A stretch of DNA of 35,135 bases from Chiloscyllium plagiosum (taxonomy: Eukaryota). The stretch lies in assembly GCF_004010195.1 (NCBI RefSeq), contig NC_057719.1, positions 3,393,536 through 3,428,670 of the forward strand. The letters run 5' to 3'. Both the position numbers and the translations under genes were made by a program. Of the stretch, positions 20,915 through 32,310 are shown piece after piece (positions within the stretch are counted from its first letter, which is position 1; each line of letters opens with the position of its first letter). A model generated the notes under the pieces. It was not told the DNA's origin. It did not search any database and saw nothing but the letters and a program-made list of their open reading frames with translations.

Positions 20915-21533
20915 CTGAGAAAGAACAAGAGAGTGACTACGTTTGGGGCAACGGTCCAAAGGCATACATCCCAGATAACCAAATCCTTGATGGATGGTCT
21001 CTCTGTCACCTCTCTCTCTCTGAAGACAGTACTGACCACCCCACTGCGTAATGCCCAGGCTATCACCTGACCAAACCTGACCGATTACGTAGGAAAATGG
21101 GTGGGTGGGTGTGGGAGTGAGGCATGTGGGAATGAGGGTGTATGGGAGTGAGGTTATTGGGGCTGTGGGTAGAGGGGTGTATCCTGGAAGCCGTGTTACT
21201 TTGGGAACAGCATGAGCTGCCAAATGCTGCTGGAATGATTACTGACCTGGAGGAGTAACTCCATCTCCTCTCTGCATGACCCTGTCCATGAATTGACCTC
21301 AAGGCCAGGAGAACTAACCTTGAAAAAAGTTCTGACAGCTGATACAGCATTGTGCTGGAGCTGGTTGATTGATCGTTACTAACATAACAGCGGTGAGGAC
21401 AGCTATGGAATGGGTTCCCAATCCCAGCATACTACAGGACACCCGCATCTACACAAAGCTGCTGGACTGGCGTGGGATCTCCCTTGGGAGCTGTCCTTTC
21501 AGTCATCCATGCCCCAAGTTCTCAAACTCTTAC

Positions 21534-21632
21534 CTTCAGGGTTTTGGAACTTATCTCTTTGACTGAGTTTTTGACCAGCTTCCCCTGAGAGTGTTTTACA
21601 TTGCTTGGTAAGACCAACTTCATGATGGAGAT
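21534..21632 (-). CDS. Exon E (99 bp, phase 1 to 1, possibly alternative)
   Basis: Acceptor ttttctgttctggtatgtttcag|AT, donor AAG|GTAAGA; reads DLHHEVGLTKQCKTLSGEAGQKLSQRDKFQNPE. The acceptor overlaps a Penelope-derived arm. Confidence 0.6.
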
Positions 21633-21646
21633 CTGAAACATACCAG

Positions 21647-21846
21647 AACAGAAAATTGCTAGACTCAGCAGGTCGGGCAGCGTCCGTCGGTGGGGAGAGA
21701 GAGAGAAAAACAGAGTTAACCTTTCGAGTCCAGTGACCCTTCTTCAAATTTCTATAACGACCCTGGACTCAAAAGGTTAACTCAGTTTCTCTCTCGCTCC
21801 ACAGACACTGCCAGACCTGCTGAGTCTCGCCAGCAATTTTCTGTTT
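21647..21846. mobile_element. Palindromic Penelope-derived element
   Basis: Arms aacagaaaattgct..agactcagcaggtc.ggcag...gagttaacctttcgagtccag and ctggactcaaaaggttaactc...ctgccagacctgctgagtct...agcaattttctgtt; minus-strand hammerhead remnant TTGAAGAAGGGTCACTGGACTCGAAAGGTT. Confidence 0.85.
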
Positions 21847-22025
21847 TTATTTTGTTGCCTGGTCTGAAGTCAGGTTTCAGCTCAATGTCGCTGTTACGGA
21901 GTGCCCCGGGGTATTTTACTTTGTTCGAGGCACCACTAAAATTCAGCTTGTTGTTGTGCCCTGAGTACAGAGTTGAGAGTTTTTAATGTAACTGTGCATC
22001 GCTAGACTTGGGTGATGTCCATTAC

Positions 22026-23202
22026 CTGGTAGGGGAGTGTTCTCGTTGGCTGAATGATGTGTGGCCCGTTTCTTTCTGTGCGGTTTGCTCTGGGATAAGC
22101 AGAGCTCCTTCTCCCCGGCGGCTCTCTGTTTGCTCTGGGATGTGACCGGTGAGTGCTCACCCAGTTTCACACTGAACTGGAGGAGGTGCTCCTTCGGCAC
22201 CTTGGGCTGGGAGCCCCGGGGCTGGTGGTGCCGGGATCGTCGGCACACGTGTGCCCGTTGTGATGGTTTGGTTTGCGGCTGGGCTTTGGTGCCTGGTTGC
22301 CGACTGTAGCGATCTGGGCTCTGGGAGGCCGGTTTAGGTGTCACCGGGCAGCTCCCTGCGGTGCACCTGTGCTGACTGAGGGGTCGGGCGTACTGCTCCT
22401 GGCCCAGCTCAGAGATCTGCGGCCCGGCCTGGTGTATTCGGCCGTCAGCCTGCTGGGGACCACCTTCAAGCAAACGCCCTTCCTCGTCCCGATCCGAGGT
22501 AGGCTCAGACTTCCTGCCTTGGGAACAGCCCTGTTGCTGGCTTCCCTCCTGCTGCTCCTGGGTTTCCTCCTGAGACTGCGCCTCACCGTCTTGTAGACCA
22601 TTGGCAGTTGTCCACTGCTGGGTTTGGTGCTGTACCTGACTGCAATGATGTGGCTTCAAGTCAGGTGGTTGGTCCTTTGGGCTAGACGAGTATTGGCCCA
22701 GATGGTGGCACTGACAGTGAAGCCATCCACCCTGTTGACACTGGTGTTCTTGATCTGGGTAATGCATCAGGGTGTCCAGTAACTGGCCTTGGTCTGCCTG
22801 CGAATCTTGCTGTGAGCAATGAGGCTGATGATTGAGCCACTGACCGTGCAGACAGTGCTGTTTCTGAACTCTGGGCCATCCGGCCTGTGGACTGGACCAG
22901 TCGTCATTGGCGTTGTACCCTGGATCTTCAACCTGCTGGAGCTGGGAATGCTGCAGTTGCTGGTCTCCACAAGCCTGATGGTCGAGCCACTGGCTCTGGG
23001 TGCCCTGGCGTTTTGTGTCCGGCTGGGTCACTTGGTAACCGGCCCACTCCTGGTCTGGGTGCTGAGGCGGACTGTGAGATTGTTGAAGCTTTTTGCCAAT
23101 GCTCTGCAACTCCTCCAGCTGCTCGGGCAGCCAGTGACTCTCCGTCCCAGCCAACTGGCACTCCGGCCTCTCTATAATTCCCATCTCCTCCGGTTTTGTG
23201 TT
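22026..23202 (-). CDS. Exon D (1177 bp, phase 0 to 1), Q/H/S/P-rich low-complexity region
   Basis: Stop-free GC-rich frame (413-aa ORF 21943-23184, extended upstream by NTKPEE); acceptor ctttgtcatttgctttgttcag|AAC, donor CAG|GTAATG at 22025; a same-phase alternative donor ACG|GTGAGG lies at 22586. Confidence 0.85.
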
Positions 23203-23324
23203 CTGAACAAAGCAAATGACAAAGACACTTTAGCTTGTTCTGTCCGAAACGCCGACCGCTTTAGCACAGAAAATGAAACAATCCCTGCTGTAAGAGGTAA
23301 AGGAAAATACTCGTTTTGTCAGAC

Positions 23325-23405
23325 CTTTTCCAGAAGTGCTTTTGCTAGGTCTTTGATTTTCTTATCGTCTTGGCAGGATTTCAATTTCAGGGCATCTATC
23401 TCTTC
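23325..23405 (-). CDS. Exon C (81 bp, phase 0 to 0), coiled-coil
   Basis: Acceptor tttgttcctttttag|GAA, donor AAG|GTCTGA; reads EEIDALKLKSCQDDKKIKDLAKALLEK; 122-bp intron to exon D. Confidence 0.8.
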
Positions 23406-24209
23406 CTAAAAAGGAACAAATTCCATCAGTTTTCCTGAATTCTGGGTGGAGAGGAAATACAATATGTTTGCAAACCTGACAACTGCTCTGGTCATTAAAT
23501 ATTGTATATTAAAGATACCTTATATATTATATATGTACATCAATAACTTAAGCAATTGCAATGTAGGATAAATAATTGCTCTCTCTCTCACTCTCTCTCT
23601 CTATATTATATATATTCTATATCCACATCTATATATAAAGCAATAGATTATATTATCAAAATTGCAAATCATCGAACTATAGAATTGCTACATTGCAAAA
23701 TGAGGATCTTCACCCACTGTATACACACAATAGTACTATCCTCTCGTGCCACTCCCCTGCATTTCATTTCAATACAAATAACCAACAATGCCTAAACTGA
23801 ACTTGCCTCCTCCCCATTTCCAGACAGCCCCTTCCACCCCTTAACCATTCGCCGGGTAAGAAAGTTTCACCTCCCGTCACCCTGGTGTTTTTATTTTGCA
23901 CATCAATTAAATCATTATGTTCCGTCTACCACCGAGAAGATCGCCTTTCCATTTACCCAGACTAGCCCGTCCACAATCTCCTCACAGCATTCTCCCGGAA
24001 AAGAACCATCTCAACCTCTTCATCCTATGCTCATCATGGCGGTTTCTTATCGCTGGGACTATTTGTGTAAATCGCTCCTGCACTTGAGTCGCTCCAATGC
24101 GTTTACATCAGAGTTATACCATAGCGCCTACTACTGTTCACAATCCTGCAGCTGAGATCTAACAATCATGGACAGGTTCAACATCACCTCCTTCTCTTGT
24201 ACTCTCTGC

Positions 24210-24710
24210 TATTAGACCATTAGCCCAGAGAATATTGGAGCAGAATTAGGCCATTTGGCCCATTGACTCTGCCCCACCATTCCATCATGGCCAAACTGTT
24301 TCTCAACCCCATTCTCCTGCCTTCTCCCTTTAAACCTCGATCCCCTCACTGATCAGGAACCTATCTGTCTCTGTCTTAAATACACTCAGTGATTTGGCCT
24401 CCACAGCCCTCAGTGGCAATGGGTTCCACAGATTCCCCACCCTCTGGCTGAAGAAATTCCTCCTCATCTCAGTTCCAAAGGGGTCGCCCCTTCACTCTGA
24501 GGCTGTGCCCTCGAGTCTTCTTCTCTCCTACTGGTGGAAACATTTTTCTCCGTGTCCACTCTATCCAGACGTCTCAGTATTCTGCAAGTATCAGTCAGAT
24601 CCGCCCTCATCATTGTAAAATCCCTCAGGTACAGACCCAGAGCTGTCAACCGCTCCTCATATAACAAACCCTTCATCCCTGGGATCAGTTTTGTAAACCT
24701 CTCCGGACCT
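24210..24710 (-). mobile_element. CR1 3' fragment
   Basis: Minus ORF RFTKLIPGMKGLLYEERLTALGLY and CR1 3' UTR; further degraded CR1 lies at about 23680-24200. Confidence 0.88.
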
Positions 24711-25239
24711 ATTACAAAGCCGAGAACCCCAAATGTTTTATTAACTGTTCTCTTACCTGTCCTGTTGCCTACAATGACCCACACAAGTATTGTTGTATTA
24801 TTTATATATTTAGGATCTGTAGATGCTGCTTATAGATATTGTCGATGCCAAATGGCTTGATGCTTTAGCTAGAGGTACTGTATAATTAAATACAGTCTAC
24901 AGAACTGAGCTGTTGCTTTGATGAATTGGACAGAGCTAGTGTGAAGCTCAGAATAATCACATCAATTGGGCTCAATCCCAACCATGACAGAGATAGGCCT
25001 AAGACCTGTCACCCTAGCTCTCTCTCTCTCTCTGAGAGTAGAATACAAAGAGCCAAAGGGCAATCGCAGAGATAAAGCAACAATAAACAATGAGCCAAGG
25101 ATTGGTCTTTGGGCAAAGTACCTTAGGAACAGTGTTCTGTCCATTGAGGTATTGTGCATTTCAGTACTCTACCTGAAAATAATACGACAGCAGAGAAGAT
25201 GGGCCAAATGGCCTACTTCTTCTCCTGCATCTTATGGAA

Positions 25240-25570
25240 ACATTCATCGAATCCCTTTGGTGTGGAAGCAGGCCATCGACTCCACACCAACCCTCCAAAG
25301 AACATCCCACACAGATCCACCTCCCTACCCTAGTCCTGTAACCCTGCATTTACTATGGCTAGCCTACATATCTCTGGATACAATGGGCAATTTTCCATGG
25401 CCAGTCCACCTGACCTGCACATCTTTTGATTTTGGAAGGAGACCGGAGCACCCGGAGGAAACCCCACGCAGACACAGGGAGAATGTGCAAGCTCCACACA
25501 GACAGTCGCCCGAGGCTGGAATCAAACCTGGCTCCCTGGTGCTGTTAACCACTGAGCCACCATGCTGCCC
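25240..25570 (-). mobile_element. HE1-type SINE
   Basis: Conserved core ccggagcacccggaggaaacc...cagtcgcccgaggctggaatc. Confidence 0.9.
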
Positions 25571-25609
25571 TATGCATCTAATGCACAGTATAGGTACAGC
25601 CTTTCCATC

Positions 25610-25960
25610 CATAAGACCATAAGACCATAAGACATAGGAGCAGAAGTAAGGCCATTCGGCCCATCGAGTCCACTCCGCCATTCAATCATGGCTGATGCGC
25701 ATTTCAGCTCCACTCCCCGTAGCCCTTAATTCCTCTAGACAACAAGAATCTATCAATCTCGGCCTTGAAGACATTTAGCGTCCCGGCTTCTACTGCACTC
25801 CGTGGCAATGAATTCCACAGGCCCACCACTCTCTGGCTGAAGAAATGTCTCCGCATTTCTGTTCTGAAATGACCCCCTCTAATTCTAAGGCTGTGTCCAC
25901 GGGTCCTAGTCTCCTCATCTAACGGAAACAATTTCCTAGCATCCACCTTTTCCAAGCCAT
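25610..25960 (-). mobile_element. Young CR1 3' end
   Basis: (CATAAGAC)n tail; ORF 25704-25955 TRGHSLRIRG..FRTEMRRHFFSQRVVGLWNSLP. Confidence 0.95.
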
Positions 25961-26282
25961 CCAGCTACTGACATGATTGTAACTATTTTATACACAACTT
26001 TTTATTCACTTGTGCGTCACTTTCATGCCACAATGCTGTTAGGGAGAGAATTACAGGATTTTGACACTGAAGGAATGGCAATACTTTTCCAAGTCTGGAA
26101 TGGCACCGGAAGAAGTTGCAGCTGCCACTGCTGCTATTATCCACATCTTCCAACAGGAACTGAAGTGGAACAATATTGCCACTCTGTCACCAGCTCAAAA
26201 TACCAGCCTCCCTTGCCAATGGCTCTGTGGGCAGTGGAATGCACGACCCTCAGTAAACACAGCAGAGGTCAGCAATGAAGAG

Positions 26283-26727
26283 GTACAGTAGGTAGTGAAG
26301 AAGGCTAATAGCATGCTGGCCTTCATAACAAGAGGAATTGAGTATAGAAGCAAAGAGGTTCTTCTGCAGCTGTACAGGGCCCTGGTGAGACCACACCTGG
26401 AGTACTGTGTGCAATTCTGGTCTCCAAATTTGAGAAAAGACATTCTGGCTATTGAGGGAGTGCAGCGTAGGTTCACAAGGTCAATTCCTACAGAGATTAG
26501 GAGAAACTTCTTCACCCAGAGAGTGTGGCTGTGTGGAATGCTCTGCCCCAGAGGGCAGTGGAGGCCCAGTCTCTGGATTCATTTAAGAAAGAGTTGGATA
26601 GAGCTCTCAAAGATAGTGGAATCAAGGGTTATGGAGATAAGGCAGGAACAGGATACTGATTGAGGATGATCAGCCATGATCATATTGAAGGGCTGAATGG
26701 CCTACTCAATTGTCTATTGTCTATTGC
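26283..26727 (+). mobile_element. CR1 3' portion with internal deletion
   Basis: KKANSMLAFI...RPHLEYCVQFWSP...RRFTRSIP joins directly to TEIRRNFFTQRV; (CTATTGT)n tail. Confidence 0.92.
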
Positions 26728-26838
26728 CTAAGATTTGGAGGAGCTGGTGTTGGACTGGGGTGGACAAAATTAAAAATCACATAGCATCAGGTTATAGTTC
26801 AACAGGTCGACCTGGTGTTGTGATTTTTCACTTTGTCA
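26728..26838. mobile_element. Short inverted Penelope terminal fragment
   Basis: gacaaaattaaaaatcacatagcatcagg ... cctggtgttgtgatttttcactttgtc inverted arms; same family as the 9990 terminus. Confidence 0.75.
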
Positions 26839-26945
26839 GCAATCAAGACCAATCACAGCCAGGAGGGAAGTATCCAAAGGGTTTTACAATGTAGTTGGCC
26901 CATAAAGTAAACCTGCTCTGGACAGTCTCAGCGTGTTACCTGAAG

Positions 26946-27112
26946 TGAAAGCAACAAGTGTTGGAGATCACAGCGGGTCAGGCAGCACCCATGGAGAGAG
27001 AACAAGCTAACATCAGCTCTGATGAAGAGTCAGCGTGACTCGAAACATTAGCTTGTTCCCTCTCCACGGATGCTGCCTGACTTGCTGTGATCCCCAGCAT
27101 TTGTTGTTTTCA
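26946..27112. mobile_element. Palindromic Penelope-derived element with central hammerhead
   Basis: Inverted arms of about 66 bp (26946-27012 and 27046-27112). Confidence 0.85.
27015..27053 (+). ncRNA. Minimal type I hammerhead ribozyme motif
   Basis: AGCT-CTGATGA-A-GAGTC(AGCGT)GACTC-GAAA-CATT-AGCT: 4-bp stem I, intact core, 5-bp stem II; the stem III palindrome is decayed (ACAT). Confidence 0.7.
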
Positions 27113-27117
27113 GTACA

Positions 27118-29140
27118 AAGAACATAACAGCGCAGTACAGGCCCTTCAGCCCTCGATGTTGCACTGACCTGTGAAACCAATTTGAAGCCCATCTAACCTA
27201 CACTATTCCATTTTTGTTCATATGTTTATCCAATGATCAATTAAAAGCCCTTAAAGTTGGCAAGTCTACTACTGTTGCAGGCAGGCTGATCCACACCCTT
27301 ACTACTCTCTGAGTAAAGAATCTACCTCCAACATCTGTCCTATATCCATTACCTCTCAATTTAAAGCTATGGCCCTTCATGCTAGCCATCACTTTCCAAG
27401 GAAAAAGCTCTCATTGTCCACCCTATTTAACCCTCTGATTATCTTATATGTCTCAATTAGGTCACCTCTCAACCTCCTCTCTAATGAAAACAGCCTCAAG
27501 TCCCTCACACTTTCCTCATAAGACCTTCCCTCCATACCAGGCAACATCCTTGTAAATCTCCTCTGAGCCCTTTCCAAAGCTTCCACATTCTTCCTACAAT
27601 GCGGCGACCAGAACTGTATGTAATACTCCAAATGCGTGCTCACCAGAGTTTTGTACAGCTGCAATATGACCTCGTGGCTCCGAAACTCAATCCCTCTACC
27701 AATAAAAGCTAACACACTGTATGCCTTCTTAACAACCCTATCAACCTGGGTGGCAACTTTCAGAGATCTATGTACATGAACACAGAGATCTCTCTGCTCA
27801 TCCACACTACCAAGAATCTTACCATTAGCCCAGTATTCTTTATTCCTGTTGTTTCTTCCAAAGTGAATCACTTTACAATTTTCTGCAATAAACTCCATTT
27901 GCGATCTCTACAGATGTCTCTCTGTGACCTGCAACATCCTTCAGCACTATCCACAACTCTACAACCTCAGTGTCATCCGCAACTTGACTAACCCATCCTT
28001 CTATGTCCTCATCCAGGTCATTTTATAAAACTGACAAATAGCAGGGGACCCAAAACAGATCCTTGCGGTACACCACTAGTAACTGAGCTCCAGGATGAAT
28101 ATTTCTCATTAACCACCACACTCTGTCTTCTTTCAGCTAACCAATTTCTGATCCAAAGCACTAAATCACCCTCAATCCCGTGCCTCCGTATTTTATGCAA
28201 TAGACTACCGTGGGGAACCTTATCAAAGACCTTACTGAAATCCATATACACCACATCAACCACTTTACCCTCATCCACCTGTTTGGTCACCTTCTCAAAG
28301 AACTCAATAAGGTTTGTGAGGCATGACCTACCCTTCACAATTCTGTGTTGACTATCCCTAATCAACATATTCCTCTCTGGATGATTATAAATCCTATCTC
28401 TTATAATCCTTTTCAACAGTTTATCCACAACCAAAGTAAGGCTCACTGGTCTACAATTTCCAGGGTTATCTCTAATCTCCTTCTTGAATAAGGCAACAAT
28501 ATTTGCTATCCTCCAGTCTTCTGGCATTATTGCTGGAGGTAGTGATGGCATAAAAATAAGGCTGGCATGGTGGCTCAGTGGTTTGCACTGCTGCCTCACA
28601 GCACCAGGGTCTTATGTTCAATTCCATCCTCGGGCGACTGACTGTGTGGAGTTTGCACATTCTCCCCGTTTCTGCGTGGGTTTCCTCCGGGTGCTCTGGT
28701 TTCCTCCCACAGTCCAAAGATGTGCAGGTTAGGAGAATTGGCCATGCTAAATTGCCCAAAGTATTAGGTGTGTTAGTCAGAGGGAAATGGGACTGGGTGG
28801 GTTACTCTTCGGAGGGTCGGTGTGGACATGTTGGGCTGAAGGGCCTGTTTCCACACTCTAGGGAATCTAATCATAAAGATCCAAGCCAAAGGCTTGGCAA
28901 TCTCCTCCCTGACTTTCCAGAGAATCCTAGGATAAATACCATCCGGCCCAGGGGACTTATCTATTTTCACACTTCCAGAATTGCTAACACCTCCTTAAAC
29001 TTCAAACCAGTCCAGTCTAATAGCCCGTGTCTCAGTATTCCCCTCGACGACATTGTCATTTTCCAGTGTGAATACCAACGAAAAATATTCATTTAGTGCC
29101 TCTCCTCTCCTCTGACTCCACACACAACTTCCCACTACAG
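27118..29140 (-). mobile_element. 5'-truncated CR1 LINE with RT, interrupted by HE1
   Basis: [54 protein letters not shown] and HLEYYIQFWSP. Confidence 0.97.
28560..28872 (+). mobile_element. HE1-type SINE nested in CR1
   Basis: TGGCTCAGTGG A box, GTTCAATTCC B box, AATCTAATC tail; CATAAA(A/G)AT on both flanks. Confidence 0.92.
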
Positions 29141-29556
29141 CATCTGTGGTCATTTGTTCCTACCTGTGACCTGATAGTGTGCTCCACTTCATTTCCAAAA
29201 TTAAACAAGGAGTAAATTGTCGGTGCTTTATTCAAATTGATACATCAGTTGTTGTTGATGTGAAATGTCACTGCCTGGCAGTGCACAGATCCCCATTGTG
29301 CAGGGGGGGGACTTCTTCCTCCACATAGAGCAGTCCCAGGTCACAGCTTCTTGCCTTTGGGTTTCAACTTCCAGCCCTGACCCATCTTTGCTCCCAGACC
29401 TCCCTCAATCAGTGCAATCAGGTTTATTTAACCTATCCTGGCTTCTTCCTGTATCCCCACACACCAGTAGGAACAATAGTATCAATTAGTACTCTCAATA
29501 TATTCCCAGCACCTCCACATCATTCATACATTCTAGCCAGATCTTATAGAGAAGTT

Positions 29557-30279
29557 CAGGCTGTAAGTTAGCTCGCTGAAATGGTAGATTTGTTCTCAGA
29601 CGTTTCATCACCATGCTGGGTAACATCATCAGTGAGCCTCTGGTGAAGCGCTGGTGTTCTGTCCCACTTTCTACTTCTGTGTCTTGGTCTGTTGTGTGGG
29701 AGATATCATTTCCGGTTCTTTCCCTGAGAGGTTGCTAAATGGGTTCCAAATCGATGTGTTTATTGATGGAGTTCCAGTTTGAATGCCAGGCCTCTAGGAA
29801 TTCCCATGTGTGTCTCTGTTTAGCCTGTCCCAGGACGGATGTGTTGTCCCAGTCAAACTGGTGTCCCTCATCGTCTGTGTGTGTATAGATACCAGTGATA
29901 GTTGGTCATGTCGTTTGGTGGCTAGTTGGTGTTCATGTATCCTGGTGGTTTCAATTGGGACAACACATCTATCCTGGGACAGGCTAAACAAAGACACACA
30001 GGCAACTCCTATAGGCCTGGCAAACTATCAATAAACACATTGATTTGGACCCTATTTATCAACCTCTGAGAAAAAGAACTGGAAATGATATTACCCACCT
30101 TAACAGACTAAGACACGGAAACAGAAAGTGGGACAGAACATCAGTGCTTCACCAGAGGTTCACGTTATGATGTTCCCCAGCATGGTGGCGAAACGTCTGA
30201 GAACAAACCTACCAGCTCAGTGAGCAAACATACAATCTGAATCTCAAGCTGAGCTACAAATCTTCACAAAAATTGCTTG
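29557..30279. mobile_element. Penelope-like element as two inverted 5'-truncated copies (GIY-YIG C-terminus)
   Basis: Minus copy TRIHEHQLATKRHDQLSLVSIH...GHQFDWDNTSVLGQAKQRH..EFLEAWHS..SINKHIDL; plus copy from about 29950 FNWDNTSILGQAKQRH...INKHIDLDPIYQPLR. Confidence 0.93.
29595..29636 (-). ncRNA. Minimal type I hammerhead ribozyme motif
   Basis: CTCA-CTGATGA-T-GTTACC(CAGCAT)GGTGAT-GAAA-CGTC-TGAG: perfect 4-bp stem I, GUC triplet, ACGT palindromic stem III. Confidence 0.75.
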
Positions 30280-30660
30280 TAGAGAAGTTGCAAGACAAGA
30301 GATGCCAGACGCTGATAAGGGATAGGGAACCATCAACAAGATCTTGGATAAGATTAACCGCCCCCTAAAGTGGGTGAGGAGGGTAATAGCAACGTTAACC
30401 TATGATAAAGAATAGGCACCTGTCTTTCAATGAAGCATTTTAATGAAGCAGTGTTGGAATTTGGATAAGGAGGTACTCATTTGGCAAAGCTATTGTATAA
30501 ATGCCTGTTCCTGTATTTCTCAGTGTTAGCCTTTGAGAACCTGAGCCTTGCATTCACTGAAATAAATGATCAAAGACCCTTGAGCAGGTCTCCCACTCTG
30601 CGGGAAGTATCCACAATCATTCGCCTGGTTTGATTTGGGTCCTGGTGCTGTTGCTGCTGT

Positions 30661-30830
30661 TTCTCTCCCTTCTCCTCCTTCCCTCCCTTCCCCTCCCTCC
30701 TTCCCTCCTTTCCCCTCCTTCCCTCCCTTCCTCTCTATCTCTCTCTCTATCTGTCTTTCTCTCTCTCACCTCCTTCTTTCTTTTACTCTCCAACTCTCCC
30801 TCTCTCTCTCCCTCTCTCTCCCTGTCTCCC
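30661..30830. repeat. Polypyrimidine/polypurine low-complexity tract
   Basis: (CCTT/CCCT/CT)n run of about 170 bp. Confidence 0.95.
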
Positions 30831-31024
30831 TGCAGGAATTTCTCACTGTGGTTTTGAATTAAAAGTCTCCAGAGAATCTTAACAAGACTTTGCAAAGATC
30901 TGCAATCAGTGTAGGTTAGTTCACTGACCACGGAGGAAGTTGTCCTCTGTCGAATTGCTCGGAGCTGTAGTTTGCTGGTTTCCACTGGCTTGGTGGGTTT
31001 CCCTTGCTGTTGCAATCTACTTAC

Positions 31025-31135
31025 TTTCAGCTTGATCTCGACGGTGTCAAGCTTCTGTTTCTCCAGATGAAAAGCACCTTTCATCGACTCCAGCTGTTCC
31101 TTCAGGAACATCCACCGATATTCCGATCTCTCCAG
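31025..31135 (-). CDS. Exon B (111 bp, phase 0 to 0), coiled-coil
   Basis: Acceptor ttcctcctttgttttcaag|CTG, donor AAA|GTAAGT; reads LERSEYRWMFLKEQLESMKGAFHLEKQKLDTVEIKLK. Confidence 0.88.
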
Positions 31136-31484
31136 CTTGAAAACAAAGGAGGAACTTACATTTATATAACACTTCCATGAATTTGGGATGCCACCAAGTG
31201 TTTTTTTTTAAACCGGTCGTGTTCTTCATAAAGTGTCGAGTATACATGCCATTGTACACACAATGTGATAAGAGCCGAATGAAATGGTCCGGGCGATTAT
31301 TAGTGGGGGGATGGGGGAGATAGGGATTGGCCCCAGCCTGGTGGCAAGCTCTGCTGCAAAATAGTGGCCTGGGATTATTTACAAGCATCCACGTGGGAAA
31401 ACAATATCCCACCAGGAGGATAGTACCTTGGACAGTGCAGCATACCCTCAGTACTGCACAGGGCAAGTCAACTGTCAGCTGTGA

Positions 31485-31990
31485 ATGTTTTGGGTCCCTT
31501 TATCTAAGGAAAGATAGACTAGCATTGGAGGCAGTCCAGAGAAGGTTCATTCGGCTGATCCCAGTTTTAAAAGGATTTGTTTTTCTTTTAATGAGAGGTT
31601 GGGGCCAGTACTCATTGGAGTTTAGAAAAATGAGAGGCAACTTTATTGAAACAGACAAGATTCTGAGGGGACGTGACAGGGGAGATGGAGAGAGGTTGTT
31701 GGCCCTTGTGGGAGAGTCTAGGACCAGAGGGGCATCATCCCAGAGTAAGGGTCACACATTTAAAGCAGAGATGAGGAGGAACGTCTTCTCTCAGAGATCT
31801 GTGGAGGTCGGTCATTAAGTCTATTCAAGGCTGAAACAGACTGATTTTTAATCAGTAAAAGAGTTGGGGGCCATGGGGGCAAAGGCAGGAGGGTGGAATT
31901 GAAGGTTATCAGGTAAGCCATAATCTCATTGAATGGCAGAGTATATTAGATGGGCTGAATGGTCTCTTCTGCTTCTTAATGTCTATCGTG
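31485..31990 (+). mobile_element. CR1 3' fragment
   Basis: YLRKDRLALEAVQRRFIRLIP...EFRKMRGNFIE...EMRRNVFSQR. Confidence 0.88.
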
Positions 31991-32227
31991 ATTGTTTGTT
32001 TCAGTCTCTGGGCGTGGGATTTGAACCAATAACTCTCTTAACTGAGTCACAGCTGAGCCAACATGGCATGACCCACACCTGCCTGTTACTGACCTCTCCA
32101 TGAACAAATTCACGAAAAGAAATGGAAAAGAAATAACAGATTGGAGAGCCGGCATCGACAGCAACATGCAGGGACAGCAACATTAACACGGCAAATGATC
32201 CTCAGGCTGGGTTATATGGATAATAGC

Positions 32228-32310
32228 TGAAAATGTGTTACTGGAAAAGCGCAGCAGGTCAGGCAGCATCCAGGGAACAGGAGAATCGACGTTTCGGGCA
32301 CAAGCCCTTC
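32228..32310 (-). mobile_element. Penelope terminal fragment truncated inside the hammerhead
   Basis: Minus strand GAAGGGCTTGTGCCCGAAACGTCGATTC..., lacking the CTGA part. Confidence 0.8.

Noticed and set aside
22819..23409. 196-aa hydrophobic plus-strand ORF resembling a membrane protein
   Set aside because: It is the antisense shadow of Gln/Glu/Lys-rich exons (CAG read as CTG, Leu) and crosses a minus-strand intron.
25121..25171. Possible 51-bp minus-strand exon (ttttcag|GTAGAG...AAG|GTAC)
   Set aside because: It has an in-frame TGA in the phase-0 frame needed between exons B and C.
30617..31024. Extension of the 164-aa ORF into an R/E/G-rich tail
   Set aside because: A consensus AAA|GTAAGT donor ends exon B at 31025; the charged tail is just the translated polypurine tract.
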